This document shows, one piece after another, positions 17,969 through 27,680 of a stretch of 64,000 bases of DNA. Position numbers and translations under genes: made by a program. Location: the IMG/VR virus record IMGVR_UViG_3300043105_000117, positions 15,418 through 79,417 of that record, one strand, 5' to 3'. The DNA comes from a virus. Its lineage: Duplodnaviria; Caudoviricetes. The stretch's first letter is position 1, and every line of letters begins with the position of its first letter. The notes beneath the pieces were generated by a model. The model had not been told where the DNA came from and did no database searches. It was given only the letters and a program-made list of their open reading frames with translations.

Positions 17969-19732
17969 TTAACGTTCTCGGTCGAATTTTTCCCAATTGT
18001 TCTCACCCTCGTAGTTGCCATTGTTCCATGTCTTGCCACTAAGGTTGGGCCGGCCACCTTTACCGCCGCTTTTACGGCCACGTCCTCCGGTGTTTAGTTC
18101 TCCCTTGTAGCCTTTTTTCTTCTGCAATGGAGTATCGTTTGCCTTGTCGGGGTCCACGATATCTTCCAACTGGTCCATAGGAGTAACGACTCCTCCTTCT
18201 GTCTGTACCTCGGAGTTGATGAACTGCTGTCCGTAGGATTGCTGCAAGTTGGCGAGAACATCGTCTTGCTGCTCATCTTTCATCTCTTTAAGTATGCGTT
18301 CCATCTCGTCATTTGTGGTGTAGACTGACGCTCTCATAGAGGCTGTGCGCTTGGAGATGAACTTATTCTGTACACCGGTTGCAAGGTTTGTAACGAGTTC
18401 GCTTACGTTCTGCGGGATGTAAGGCTCAATCCATACGTTGTAGTTGAGTTCTCTGAAATCGAGTTCGCACTCCATTTCCGTACCATATCCGAAGCTGAAA
18501 ATCTGTACCATCTTGTCAATGAACGGCTGATATTCCTGGGCATCTGTTGTGGCTTTCTCGATGGCCGTATGGAACAGAAGTCGGATTGATGATGACGGTG
18601 TATCACCACTCTTTAATTCAATGTTCTTAACCGCATGCGAGAGGTTATATATCATATCCTCCAACTTGTTGAGTTCGGTAGCATATGAGTTGGAAGCGTC
18701 CTGTCTGTTAAGGAACCCGGCCTCTCCATCCTCCGGAATAAGAATAGTCTTGACTGCGTTATTCTCATCGCCGATAACCTCAACTCCCTCGCCCTTTAAA
18801 TACATGATAGGAGTGCCGAAAGCGTGATTGTTTTGCGCAAGTCGTGAAAATGCCATTTCGTAATTGTCTATACTTTCTTGCGAAAGTGACCAACATGCGC
18901 CACCGTCATCGCGGAAATAAGCCACAGGAATGAAGCCGAATCCATGAAGTTTTGACTCCACGACTCTGTATCCGGACTGTCCGAACAATCCCTTAATGCT
19001 GTTTGCAATCTTGTCGAGAGCCCCCGATGTATCGCGACGCAGACGATAATAATATTTATCATCCCATACTTCAATCCAAGAAGTGACCGATTTACCTTCC
19101 TCGTCAAGGTCAGTGTACTCACGCGCAAAGATGCTCAACTCACCTGTTATGTGGTCAAAGTGTGGATAAATCTTGTCACCCTTGGCATATGAGAAAGTCG
19201 TCCAGCCAAACTTACCATTGCGCAGATATCCTACGAATGCACCGTCACCGGTTTTTTTGACGGACTTTGCGGCCTCATACCACGCAATCTCCATATTCTT
19301 CTTCAACCATCCCAAACGGAACTTCATAAACAGTTCGTTTTTCTTCTCATTCTGTTTGGTGTCGAGAAGTTCAAACTGGATATCATTCGCACAAAGGTGG
19401 GTAAGCTGTTTGGTCATTATCACAGCTTGGTAGGCAAAGGCATATCGTGGAACCTGCTCGACATACCAAAGCTTATCTTCCGGATTCTGCCTCCACACGT
19501 CCGGATAATACTTGGTGTCATTGATGATATGGCCGTTAGGGTCATACTCTCGCAAGAAGTCCGACTGTGTAATGACCTTATATGACATCCTTTCAGCCTC
19601 TCGCAAACTGACAAGTCTGTTAGGGTCTTGCGTATTACCTCCGTTGTGGTAGCCATCGGGGAGCATACGCACAAATGGCTTTTTCAGTAGTAAGTCCTGA
19701 ATCTGCCGAGAAGTAGTGCTCAAAGTCTCCAT
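17969..19732 (-). CDS. portal protein (SPP1 gp6-like)
   Basis: 587 aa downstream of TerL; G.GAF.GY and FIPVAYF...IDNYEMAFS patterns. Confidence 0.8.
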   Translation of the reverse strand: METLSTTSRQIQDLLLKKPFVRMLPDGYHNGGNTQDPNRLVSLREAERMSYKVITQSDFLREYDPNGHIINDTKYYPDVWRQNPEDKLWYVEQVPRYAFAYQAVIMTKQLTHLCANDIQFELLDTKQNEKKNELFMKFRLGWLKKNMEIAWYEAAKSVKKTGDGAFVGYLRNGKFGWTTFSYAKGDKIYPHFDHITGELSIFAREYTDLDEEGKSVTSWIEVWDDKYYYRLRRDTSGALDKIANSIKGLFGQSGYRVVESKLHGFGFIPVAYFRDDGGACWSLSQESIDNYEMAFSRLAQNNHAFGTPIMYLKGEGVEVIGDENNAVKTILIPEDGEAGFLNRQDASNSYATELNKLEDMIYNLSHAVKNIELKSGDTPSSSIRLLFHTAIEKATTDAQEYQPFIDKMVQIFSFGYGTEMECELDFRELNYNVWIEPYIPQNVSELVTNLATGVQNKFISKRTASMRASVYTTNDEMERILKEMKDEQQDDVLANLQQSYGQQFINSEVQTEGGVVTPMDQLEDIVDPDKANDTPLQKKKGYKGELNTGGRGRKSGGKGGRPNLSGKTWNNGNYEGENNWEKFDRER

Positions 19733-21330
19733 AAGCCTTTTGGTTTTGAATTTTTCTTTTTAGTTATATCATATATCTTCTTCATAAAGAGTGACTCAAA
19801 GAAGTCGGGAGAGTGGCCGACCAGCTTTTTCATTACGTCCTTAGATACAATTCTGAATCCCTTCCCATCGTTGCCCTCTTCACGTCTAATACATCGTCTT
19901 TCCTTCATCAGAATCTGACGAAGCGGCATATTCTCAAATCCCTTACCTGAAAACTTCTTGTCAAGCAATCGTGGATTAATGGAAATCTCGCCCTTCCAAA
20001 AGTCCTCTGCCAAAGCCCAAGCGCACTGCGATTTGAGGTTTGCATACACGTTCTTTACACTCACATCGACGGCAGCTTGGTTATTGAACGCACGCGCTTT
20101 AGGGAAGAATCCCTTAAACGTCTGTCCGACTCCTTGCAGGTCATACGTAAAATTAGGCTCCAACACCTCCCAATCTTCGAGTTTGGAATGCACTGCCGAT
20201 ATTGTGGTTTTCGGGTCTAGCTTGCAGACGTATATATCCTCGATATGATTGCCTATCCATAGCCACATAACCAAGCTATCACCGCCTGTAAATGCAACGT
20301 CACACGACACTCTGCGCATCTTATCGCCCAACATCTGAGGCTGTCTAAAGAATCGCTCCATGTCGTCCATTTTTATCATATCGTCACCCGCGGCCTTGAA
20401 GTTCCAGTTACCCTCCAGGTCACGCGCACGCTGTTCCTCGCTCTGTTGCGCAAGGTTGGCCACGTAGTTCGGGTCCGAAGTGATGAGCTTGACGTTTTCC
20501 TCGATGTTGCCTTTGATGAATGTAACTGACTTGATGAACATATCAAGTTTATTGAAGCCGAGTTCTTCGTATGCGGGCTTCCATAGTCCGTCGATAATAT
20601 CCTTGCATTGGTCGTAGACTTCCTGCCTCGTGCTGCCCCAATAGACGCTCGTAACCTCATCTCCATCCATGAAGCAATAGCGAATGACACCGCTTCGTTC
20701 CTTGATAGGCAGTCCGTCCTCACCAATCCACCAATCAATAAAAGTTCTGACCCACGAATCGGGGTCGGGGTTGCAGGTCCCGTAGAAGCGGTTCCTTATG
20801 CCATATGCGTTACGGTTACAAGTGACGAGGTACTTAAACTTGTTGTATGGTGCGTGCGTTATCTCATCAATACCGATAAAAGCCCATTGTTTACCTTGGA
20901 AACGTTTAACGAAGTCCTCGAAAGAATCGGCATAGTAGCTGAACTTTAGGTTGCCTCCACGATAGAAGTTCCACGTCATGTCGGCGGCTGACTTGTTGTA
21001 AGTCCCAAACTGTCCGTATAGCAGATATGCGTCCTTGATGAGCGAGGCTAAGTCCTCCTTCTCGTTACGTAGGATAAGGGCGCGATAATTGGGGTTGTAG
21101 ATGTCTTTAAGGCTCTCCATGAGCAAAGAGAATGACTTAGAACTGCCTCGACTTCCGCCAAATATGGTAATATCCGCGCTTGTCGAGAGAAAAATCTCCT
21201 GACATCCGCGCTGGGCAATAAAGTACTCCGGAGTGACTTTCCTCTTATCCTCTTCGCGTAACTTCTCGATGTAATCATAAGAGAGTACATCCTCACCCTT
21301 TATAGTATGTAAAATTACATTGTTGCTCAT
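19720..21330 (-). CDS. terL: terminase large subunit
   Basis: Walker A GGSRGSSKS, Walker B FIGIDE, GTCNP, nuclease CDVAFTGGD...HSPD. Confidence 0.9.
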   Translation of the reverse strand: MSNNVILHTIKGEDVLSYDYIEKLREEDKRKVTPEYFIAQRGCQEIFLSTSADITIFGGSRGSSKSFSLLMESLKDIYNPNYRALILRNEKEDLASLIKDAYLLYGQFGTYNKSAADMTWNFYRGGNLKFSYYADSFEDFVKRFQGKQWAFIGIDEITHAPYNKFKYLVTCNRNAYGIRNRFYGTCNPDPDSWVRTFIDWWIGEDGLPIKERSGVIRYCFMDGDEVTSVYWGSTRQEVYDQCKDIIDGLWKPAYEELGFNKLDMFIKSVTFIKGNIEENVKLITSDPNYVANLAQQSEEQRARDLEGNWNFKAAGDDMIKMDDMERFFRQPQMLGDKMRRVSCDVAFTGGDSLVMWLWIGNHIEDIYVCKLDPKTTISAVHSKLEDWEVLEPNFTYDLQGVGQTFKGFFPKARAFNNQAAVDVSVKNVYANLKSQCAWALAEDFWKGEISINPRLLDKKFSGKGFENMPLRQILMKERRCIRREEGNDGKGFRIVSKDVMKKLVGHSPDFFESLFMKKIYDITKKKNSKPKGLWRL

Positions 21331-21340
21331 CTAAAAACAA

Positions 21341-21385
21341 AGCCCGCGCGGGACCACCTTAGAAAGATGACCTGGCACGGGCTAA
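21341..21385 (-). terminator. terminator-like hairpin in terL leader
   Basis: Minus strand AGCCCGTGC...GCGCGGGCT followed by TTGTTTTT, then ATG. Confidence 0.5.
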
Positions 21386-21408
21386 AATGCCTCCCATTGA
21401 AATCATCA

Positions 21409-21416
21409 CAAATATA
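21409..21416 (-). promoter_or_regulatory. -7 box of putative packaging-operon promoter
   Basis: TATATTTG on minus strand; no clear -33 box. Confidence 0.4.
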
Positions 21417-21477
21417 GCAAATGTTTGTGAACCAATATAATAAAATTAGGATAATCGCAAAAATTTTATGAAAATTA

Positions 21478-21509
21478 TTTGGAGATATGTGTTGTTAAAC
21501 ATATATTTG
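21478..21509 (+). promoter_or_regulatory. Bacteroidales-type promoter of head-tail operon
   Basis: TTTG-N20-TATATTTG. Confidence 0.7.
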
Positions 21510-21530
21510 CCACAAATATATATAAAGAGA

Positions 21531-21734
21531 ATGAATTTTAAACAAACAGAGGATTTAAGCACACCCGACTACATCCGGACTTTCGGTAAAGAGCCGAATA
21601 CCGTCAGATGCAAGAAGTGTGGCACCAAACTGTTTGAGTATTGCGACAACCTTTCCGGGGATGTTCGCATAAAGTGCAAGAGATGTCGCAATACGTACAA
21701 GTTTCATTTCTCAGGCAGCACAGAACAGAAGTAA
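21531..21734 (+). CDS. Com-like Zn-ribbon regulator
   Basis: VRCKKCGTKLFE...VRIKCKRC matches the Mu Com family pattern. Confidence 0.7.
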   Translation: MNFKQTEDLSTPDYIRTFGKEPNTVRCKKCGTKLFEYCDNLSGDVRIKCKRCRNTYKFHFSGSTEQK

Positions 21735-21779
21735 TTCTCAATACTGCTACACATTTTCTTTAGAGACCAACAATCAAGA

Positions 21780-21827
21780 GTCCGATATTGGAACGAAATC
21801 CGCTCCTTTATCGGACTTTTTGTTTAA
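21780..21827 (+). terminator. terminator-like hairpin before scaffold gene
   Basis: GTCCGATA/TATCGGAC stem followed by TTTTTGTTT. Confidence 0.55.
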
Positions 21828-21840
21828 AATAACATCTTAA

Positions 21841-22602
21841 ATGGAGAAAGAAACACTTATTTCCGAATTGACGACAAGGATAGGAGAAACCCCTTTGTCA
21901 GAGCGTTCATTGCAGGAGTATGCAGAAGCTATACTTCCGACAGTTCCAACTGAGGGAGAAATCCCACAGAGTTTTTGGGACACTCATGTTAAGATTCTGT
22001 CATCTATCGGTGGCCAACTTCGACACGATAACAAGAGTGCAATCGAGAACTTTAGAACCACTTGGGAGAAAGAGCATCAGACAAAACCTGCGGCATCGGT
22101 CACACCCCCGGCATCAACCACACCCCCAACACCACCGACCGGCTTTGAGGAAATCATGCGGAAGTTGCTAGAGGAACAGGGCAGAGCACAGAACGAAAAA
22201 CTTGCCGAATTACAGAAGTCCTATGAGACCAGCTCAACAGTAATTCAGCAATTGCAGGAAAAACTTGCGAACAAGGAACGTCAGGAACGCGAAGCGGCAC
22301 AGAAATCTGCCGTTGTTACTGCGGTCAAAAAGTTGGGCGACGTGAACGAAGCTGTCTTGGACCTTACTTTGAGTCAATTGCAAATTACCGAGAGCACAAC
22401 AATCGAGCAATTGGTTGAGTCTGCAAAGGCAATTTACGGAAAGGAATACAAACGTTTCTTTGGTGATGCAGCAGTGCCATTCAAGGGTGCAGGTGAAGAA
22501 GAAAGAGACAAAACAAATGTCGATTCTTACATCGCAAAAATGAAAGAGCGTCAAGCATCCGATAAAGCGAGACTCGAAGAACAGCGAAAGACACTTCTTT
22601 AA
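21841..22602 (+). CDS. capsid scaffolding protein
   Basis: Coiled-coil with Pro/Thr linker, located before head genes. Confidence 0.6.
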   Translation: MEKETLISELTTRIGETPLSERSLQEYAEAILPTVPTEGEIPQSFWDTHVKILSSIGGQLRHDNKSAIENFRTTWEKEHQTKPAASVTPPASTTPPTPPTGFEEIMRKLLEEQGRAQNEKLAELQKSYETSSTVIQQLQEKLANKERQEREAAQKSAVVTAVKKLGDVNEAVLDLTLSQLQITESTTIEQLVESAKAIYGKEYKRFFGDAAVPFKGAGEEERDKTNVDSYIAKMKERQASDKARLEEQRKTLL

Positions 22603-22629
22603 AGGATTGTTTAATTAAAACTTACAAGT

Positions 22630-23283
22630 ATGTCATTAGCTACAATTAATCAGAACATCGTCCAAGAGGATAAGATTGGCGGTTCTATTAAGGTATTCGA
22701 GGGTCGCGCTTGGATTTTGACCGGTGGTTTTGAGTTTGAACTCGCAGACCTCCCTGATAATGGTAACGTACTGCCACAGGGTACACCGGTTAATTGCGAC
22801 GAAGAGACCCGTAAGATGAAGCCTAGTTACACCTTTGCTATCTTTGAGAAGTCAGAGGCATCTGCCACTACTTACAAGATTAAGAAGGGATTGAACGGTT
22901 CATTGGTAAAGAAGGGCGCAGCTCTCATGGTTGCTCCCGAAACAGTTGCTACTAAGGGCACAGCGGTCACTGTATCTGACGTTGACTACACCAACGAAGC
23001 CTACGATGTGATTACCGTATCAGCCACTCTCGGAGAGTTGGCTGAGGGCGCAATTCTCGTAGAGGCAAGCACAGCAGGTGCAGACGCAACAGTCAAGGTA
23101 ATTCCTAACGCATTGCTCGACCGCGATGTCAGAAAGCATCCGAACGCTAAGCAGGTAAATGCAGACGGTGTATTTAACTGCGAGGCCCCAGTCCTGGAAA
23201 GACGCATCCCGCCTATTCCTGACGCATTTAAGAAAGCACTCGTTGAGGGTGGTTGCTACGTAAGATTCTCAAAACGTAAGTAA
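22630..23283 (+). CDS. head decoration / fibre-like protein
   Basis: Ala/Thr-rich beta protein between scaffold and capsid. Confidence 0.55.
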   Translation: MSLATINQNIVQEDKIGGSIKVFEGRAWILTGGFEFELADLPDNGNVLPQGTPVNCDEETRKMKPSYTFAIFEKSEASATTYKIKKGLNGSLVKKGAALMVAPETVATKGTAVTVSDVDYTNEAYDVITVSATLGELAEGAILVEASTAGADATVKVIPNALLDRDVRKHPNAKQVNADGVFNCEAPVLERRIPPIPDAFKKALVEGGCYVRFSKRK

Positions 23284-23300
23284 AATAAGGAGGGTAAGAT

Positions 23301-24422
23301 ATGTTAAAAGACAGAACAATATTTAATGACCTTGACCTCCGTAAGTATATCGACGCGGAGCAGCTTGGTATCATTTCAGAGACAGCCAATGCAAAGTACA
23401 ATAACCAAGGTTGGCAGCTTTATGCAAAATGGGGTATTCCTTCAAACTCTACACAGTGGTCACAAGCTATCAAGAACGAGGAAATCCTTGTAACTGCATC
23501 ATTGCTTTCAGTAGGTGGTAACAAGCCACAGCGTTCAGCAAGTGGATGGAGCATCTACTCTGGCTCAATTCCAAAGATTGGTCACGGTATGTCAATGGAC
23601 GAGAGCGATTTGCTTAGCATCCGAGAGTTGCAGAAAACAACCAACGTACCTTACGTTGAATTGATGCTTGGTGCATTGAACACCAACGTTACCAACTTGC
23701 TTGGCGGTATCCACAATAAGTTGAACCGCTTCACTTATGAGGCTTTGTCTACCGGTGAGGTCAACGCAGAGGATTCTGACGGTGTTTCATTCCACATGGA
23801 TTACCGCATCAAGAACAAGATGGGAGTATCAGAGAAATGGTTTGACGAGGATGGCAATCCTAATGAGAAAGCCACTCCGGTTCAGGATTTGCTCGACTTC
23901 CAGAAGTGGGCAAGAAAAGAGAAGAACGCAATCTTCGACCACTGGGAGGTATCTCAGGACGCTTGGGACGCATTCCTTTCTCATCCCGATGTAATTTCTA
24001 AGACAGCAGTCAGAGTAAACGCATTTACTCCCGGCAGCTACGTCATGACTGAATTGGAGAAAACAAATGCACTTCACTCTATGGGTGTACTTCCTATCCG
24101 CGTAGTAGACGAGAAATCGGCTCACGAGGAAGATGGTATCCCTGTAATTGATGAGCCTGCATTCAACAAGAACAACTGGGTTCTCTGTCAGCTTGGTGAT
24201 ATCTTCGAGATGAAGTGTGCACACTCTCTCTACAAGGACCGCATCTCTTACGGTTCTATCGGTGGCGATACAATGTACTCTTTCGTAAGTGGTATCATCG
24301 CTGTGCTTAATACATGGCAGGAGAGACCTATCACAAACATTATTGACACTGAGCTTTGGGCACTCCCAGTATTGAAGAACCCGAACAACGTGGCAATTTT
24401 GAAAACTGATACAACAGCGTAA
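23301..24422 (+). CDS. major capsid protein (lambda E-like, HK97 fold)
   Basis: 373 aa; IPKIGHGM.MDE...EALSTG pattern and position. Confidence 0.8.
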   Translation: MLKDRTIFNDLDLRKYIDAEQLGIISETANAKYNNQGWQLYAKWGIPSNSTQWSQAIKNEEILVTASLLSVGGNKPQRSASGWSIYSGSIPKIGHGMSMDESDLLSIRELQKTTNVPYVELMLGALNTNVTNLLGGIHNKLNRFTYEALSTGEVNAEDSDGVSFHMDYRIKNKMGVSEKWFDEDGNPNEKATPVQDLLDFQKWARKEKNAIFDHWEVSQDAWDAFLSHPDVISKTAVRVNAFTPGSYVMTELEKTNALHSMGVLPIRVVDEKSAHEEDGIPVIDEPAFNKNNWVLCQLGDIFEMKCAHSLYKDRISYGSIGGDTMYSFVSGIIAVLNTWQERPITNIIDTELWALPVLKNPNNVAILKTDTTA

Positions 24423-24434
24423 CTGAGATAACGT

Positions 24435-24842
24435 ATGGAAACCGTTTTAGAAGAAAATACAACACCCACGACTACGGTAGCTGACTACTGCCGTAGTGTA
24501 GTGGCTGTGGAGGTTAAGGATGAAGCAATCCGCACAATCTCCAAGAGAAGAGGCACCACGTCAGATGCTGATGCAGATGAGTTGGACGACAGAACGCTCG
24601 ACCTGCTCAAAGCGGACATCTTTATGTGGTGTCAGACTCTCCCGAACTCATCATCGCAGGTAAAGGATTCCGACTCGAACTGGTCACACTCCGAGGGCGG
24701 TGTACGTTTCACCTCCGAGGATAAGAAAACGCTAAGACGGTTAGCAAACGATATTTACACTACCTACGGTGAAGAATCGCAAGGTGTCAGCAAGTTCCGC
24801 ATCGTAAGCGGTGGTATTGGTAATATAAAACGTCCGTTATAA
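24435..24842 (+). CDS. head-tail connector
   Basis: Synteny after capsid gene. Confidence 0.5.
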   Translation: METVLEENTTPTTTVADYCRSVVAVEVKDEAIRTISKRRGTTSDADADELDDRTLDLLKADIFMWCQTLPNSSSQVKDSDSNWSHSEGGVRFTSEDKKTLRRLANDIYTTYGEESQGVSKFRIVSGGIGNIKRPL

Positions 24843-25180
24843 TGGTAGAGAATCCCAGGTATCCGCATACACTTATCATTGAACGCAAAGGAGAGGATGC
24901 AACCAATCCGTTTGTGGATGTAACTGAAAACACAGTCATTTATGATGACTGTTGCAGAAGCTACACGCAGACTAGAACATCCGTCAGCGGAGATGTGATA
25001 ACAAACCAGCGAATAATCGCAGTTCCCAAGAACGTGAAGGACTGGACTGCGGAGGATTTGCCAAAGACGGGCGACCTTGTTACCGTTACCAAAGGAGTAC
25101 AGATAGAGGAAGGAGTCATAGTAGACGTGAGACCGAACAACTTCGGTACTGATATTGCATGGGAGTATGGCAGAAATTAA
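24842..25180 (+). CDS. head closure / adaptor protein
   Basis: Synteny; beta-rich; KTGDLVTV. Confidence 0.5.
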   Translation: MVENPRYPHTLIIERKGEDATNPFVDVTENTVIYDDCCRSYTQTRTSVSGDVITNQRIIAVPKNVKDWTAEDLPKTGDLVTVTKGVQIEEGVIVDVRPNNFGTDIAWEYGRN

Positions 25181-25811
25181 AAACGTAAAGGAGTGGAACA
25201 AGAAGGTTATGGACGAGGCCGCTACCAAGTTGGAGAGGCTGAAACATAACTACATGGTAAACAAATACCTCCCCTCGCTTATGGAGTCAATGCTCATGGA
25301 TTTCGGGGCCGATTACAACGCAAACAATCCGTCACTTACCGGTAATACATATACCGGAACAACGATTGGAGCGTATTACAACAGGTCGCTGATTGGAAGT
25401 CTCAATATGATTGACCTTGGAGCGAAGCCTCCGACACAAGGCCAGACATTTGTCGGCGACTATGGTTTCTATGATTACGACAGCGGAGAATGGATTGGTC
25501 CATATGGTAGTTCCGACTACATTTTTGACAGTGAAGGAGGAATTGACGATATGAACGAACATCCTGAGTTTGTTGCAAGTTACAAAAACCTTAGCAAGCA
25601 GTGGCAGAAAGCCCAGTACGGCAAATATGCCTATCAGATTGCGAAAGAGTTTCTGCAAGCATACAAACCGACAGTCAGCGGTTATGCACTCGTTATGGTG
25701 GTAGGTTCTGAATATTCGGCCTGGCTTGAAAAAGTCCGAGGGCTTGATATTCTGACCGGAAGCAGGTTATATGCAAAATATTACGTAATGAATACAAAAG
25801 TTAAGTTATGA
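25167..25811 (+). CDS. neck protein (HK97 gp10-like position)
   Basis: LTGNT...GAY...YSAWLE pattern and synteny. Confidence 0.45.
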   Translation: MAEIKNVKEWNKKVMDEAATKLERLKHNYMVNKYLPSLMESMLMDFGADYNANNPSLTGNTYTGTTIGAYYNRSLIGSLNMIDLGAKPPTQGQTFVGDYGFYDYDSGEWIGPYGSSDYIFDSEGGIDDMNEHPEFVASYKNLSKQWQKAQYGKYAYQIAKEFLQAYKPTVSGYALVMVVGSEYSAWLEKVRGLDILTGSRLYAKYYVMNTKVKL

Positions 25812-26209
25812 CAGCAAAGCCATTTGATTCATATACAGTCCTTATGGACCTATATAATGCTGTCGCAGGTATAAGCGACAATATCTTTGTCACCAATCGT
25901 CCTACAAGCGTTGATGAGAAGATGAATGACTTTATTGTTGTGGCTCTGCCGGTAAGAATGAGAACTCAGACTTACGGATATGAGCATTACGTAGAAAAGA
26001 CAACGGGCAGGATTATTCTGTATGTGAGGGACAAGACGAATGGCATACCAAATATGGCACGTATGCAGTCGATGATTGATGCGACAGCGAAAATATTCCC
26101 TATCAATACGGAGAACATCGGTTGTTACAGACCATCCGTTGTTGATTCCGGAAGCGATGATAACGGTTTCCATACTTATATATTTCAGTTCTCATTAATT
26201 ATTAAGTAA
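25808..26209 (+). CDS. tail terminator-like protein
   Basis: Synteny before tail tube gene. Confidence 0.5.
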   Translation: MTAKPFDSYTVLMDLYNAVAGISDNIFVTNRPTSVDEKMNDFIVVALPVRMRTQTYGYEHYVEKTTGRIILYVRDKTNGIPNMARMQSMIDATAKIFPINTENIGCYRPSVVDSGSDDNGFHTYIFQFSLIIK

Positions 26210-26227
26210 TTTAAAATTTAAAGTGTT

Positions 26228-26824
26228 ATGGCTGAATCAACATTCAAGACTAAAAACGATTTGAAAGACGTTTTCTCAGGTCTTTCTTCTATCTACGTTC
26301 AGAAGGGCGGTCTTACATCTTTCAAGGACGTAACATTTGACTACGATATGCCCGTAACTGTCGATTCTCTGTCAATCTCAGTTTCTGACCCGACACTGAA
26401 CCGCACTAAGGTGCATGGACTTAACGCAGACTGGACAGTGACTGCAACTCCGGGTGAGTTGACGTTCTCTGCCACAGTTCCGTCAATCAGCGAGGAACTT
26501 GTAAAGTACTTCATGGGCGAGGCAAACGCATTGGATTCTGTGTCTGTAAAGACAAAAGATGCAACTGGAGTAACTTACAAGGGTATTTCTTCTACAATCA
26601 AGACTCTCAAAATCTACATGGGACTCGGACTCCTTTCAGAAGATGGCGAGAAGCTTGTACTTATCAAGAAGCTGGCTGTTTACGCTACTCCGCTTTACGA
26701 GAACGCTTCAACAACTCCGTTCGGCTTCAAGCTTACCGGTACAATTGAGGCATCAGATGCAGCAGAGGGCGAAGGCGACGAGGGCGATGATATCGCATTC
26801 CTTACTAAGTATGTGGCAGCTTAA
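26228..26824 (+). CDS. major tail (tube) protein
   Basis: 198 aa before chaperone/TMP, followed by terminator. Confidence 0.7.
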   Translation: MAESTFKTKNDLKDVFSGLSSIYVQKGGLTSFKDVTFDYDMPVTVDSLSISVSDPTLNRTKVHGLNADWTVTATPGELTFSATVPSISEELVKYFMGEANALDSVSVKTKDATGVTYKGISSTIKTLKIYMGLGLLSEDGEKLVLIKKLAVYATPLYENASTTPFGFKLTGTIEASDAAEGEGDEGDDIAFLTKYVAA

Positions 26825-26853
26825 CTGCGCTAACTTAGCGGCATAAGTATTTC

Positions 26854-26893
26854 AAGGGTGGTGGTTATATTAGGCCACTGCCCTTTTATTTTA
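26854..26893 (+). terminator. intrinsic terminator
   Basis: AAGGGTGGTGGTT/GGCCACTGCCCTT stem plus T-tract. Confidence 0.6.
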
Positions 26894-26910
26894 TAAAGCA
26901 ATATCAGAAA

Positions 26911-27372
26911 ATGGCAAAGACTCAACTTTTAGAGCAACCTACATCGGAAGAACAAGAGCTCCTGAATGCGGTTGCGGAAGATAGCGAAACGATAGTAACA
27001 CTGTCGGGGCTTAGAAAGAGTTACAAGATTAGGTGGCTCAAACGCGGTGCACTGCGTAAAATCAGTTCTATCATGAACGGCCCGGACAGCGACAAGAACA
27101 ACTGCAAGGTGGCAGCGTGCATAGTACTGAACGGACTATGGCCCATCAAACTGCGTTATTGGTTCCTTTGGAGATGGTTCTACTACGTAAAGGAATACAC
27201 CGACGAGCAGCTAGCCCCATTGCTTGAAGAGGGTAAAAAAAAAGTACCTGTGGAAGCATACTACGAAGCTACCATATTAGCGATAGGGATGAAGGACACG
27301 ATGATGGCGATGACGAGAGCGGAAGTCGAGCGTATCCTCCAAGAACATTCTACGGGGCAGCCCACTCCCTAA
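26911..27372 (+). CDS. tail assembly chaperone (G-like)
   Basis: Between tail tube and TMP; A9 slippery run at 27235-43. Confidence 0.75.
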   Translation: MAKTQLLEQPTSEEQELLNAVAEDSETIVTLSGLRKSYKIRWLKRGALRKISSIMNGPDSDKNNCKVAACIVLNGLWPIKLRYWFLWRWFYYVKEYTDEQLAPLLEEGKKKVPVEAYYEATILAIGMKDTMMAMTRAEVERILQEHSTGQPTP

Positions 27373-27665
27373 GTAAAGACCATCCGTATCTGACCGAACC
27401 GCTGACTTTGTTTTGGGGTATTGTCAAGATTCCCATGTATGCTTTCTATTGGGTGCATACGGCAGCACAGATAGAACTGATTGCATGTGATGTTCCGCTG
27501 GTGGTGTATGACAAGCCGGATAATCCCGACAAGAAGCACTCCAAGCGAGAACTAGACGACCTTGCAAAGAGGTGGAAAGAGAAGAAGGAGAAAGATAAAA
27601 AAGAGGGAAAGGCTTTCAACTTTGCTGAATATATAAATACTCCCGTTGGAAAATTTAAAGACTAA
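26911..27665 (+). CDS. tail assembly chaperone, -1 frameshift product (GT-like)
   Basis: -1 frame checked open from 27243 to stop at 27665; includes ORF 27408..27665. Confidence 0.7.
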
Positions 27666-27680
27666 TAATGCAACAATAAT

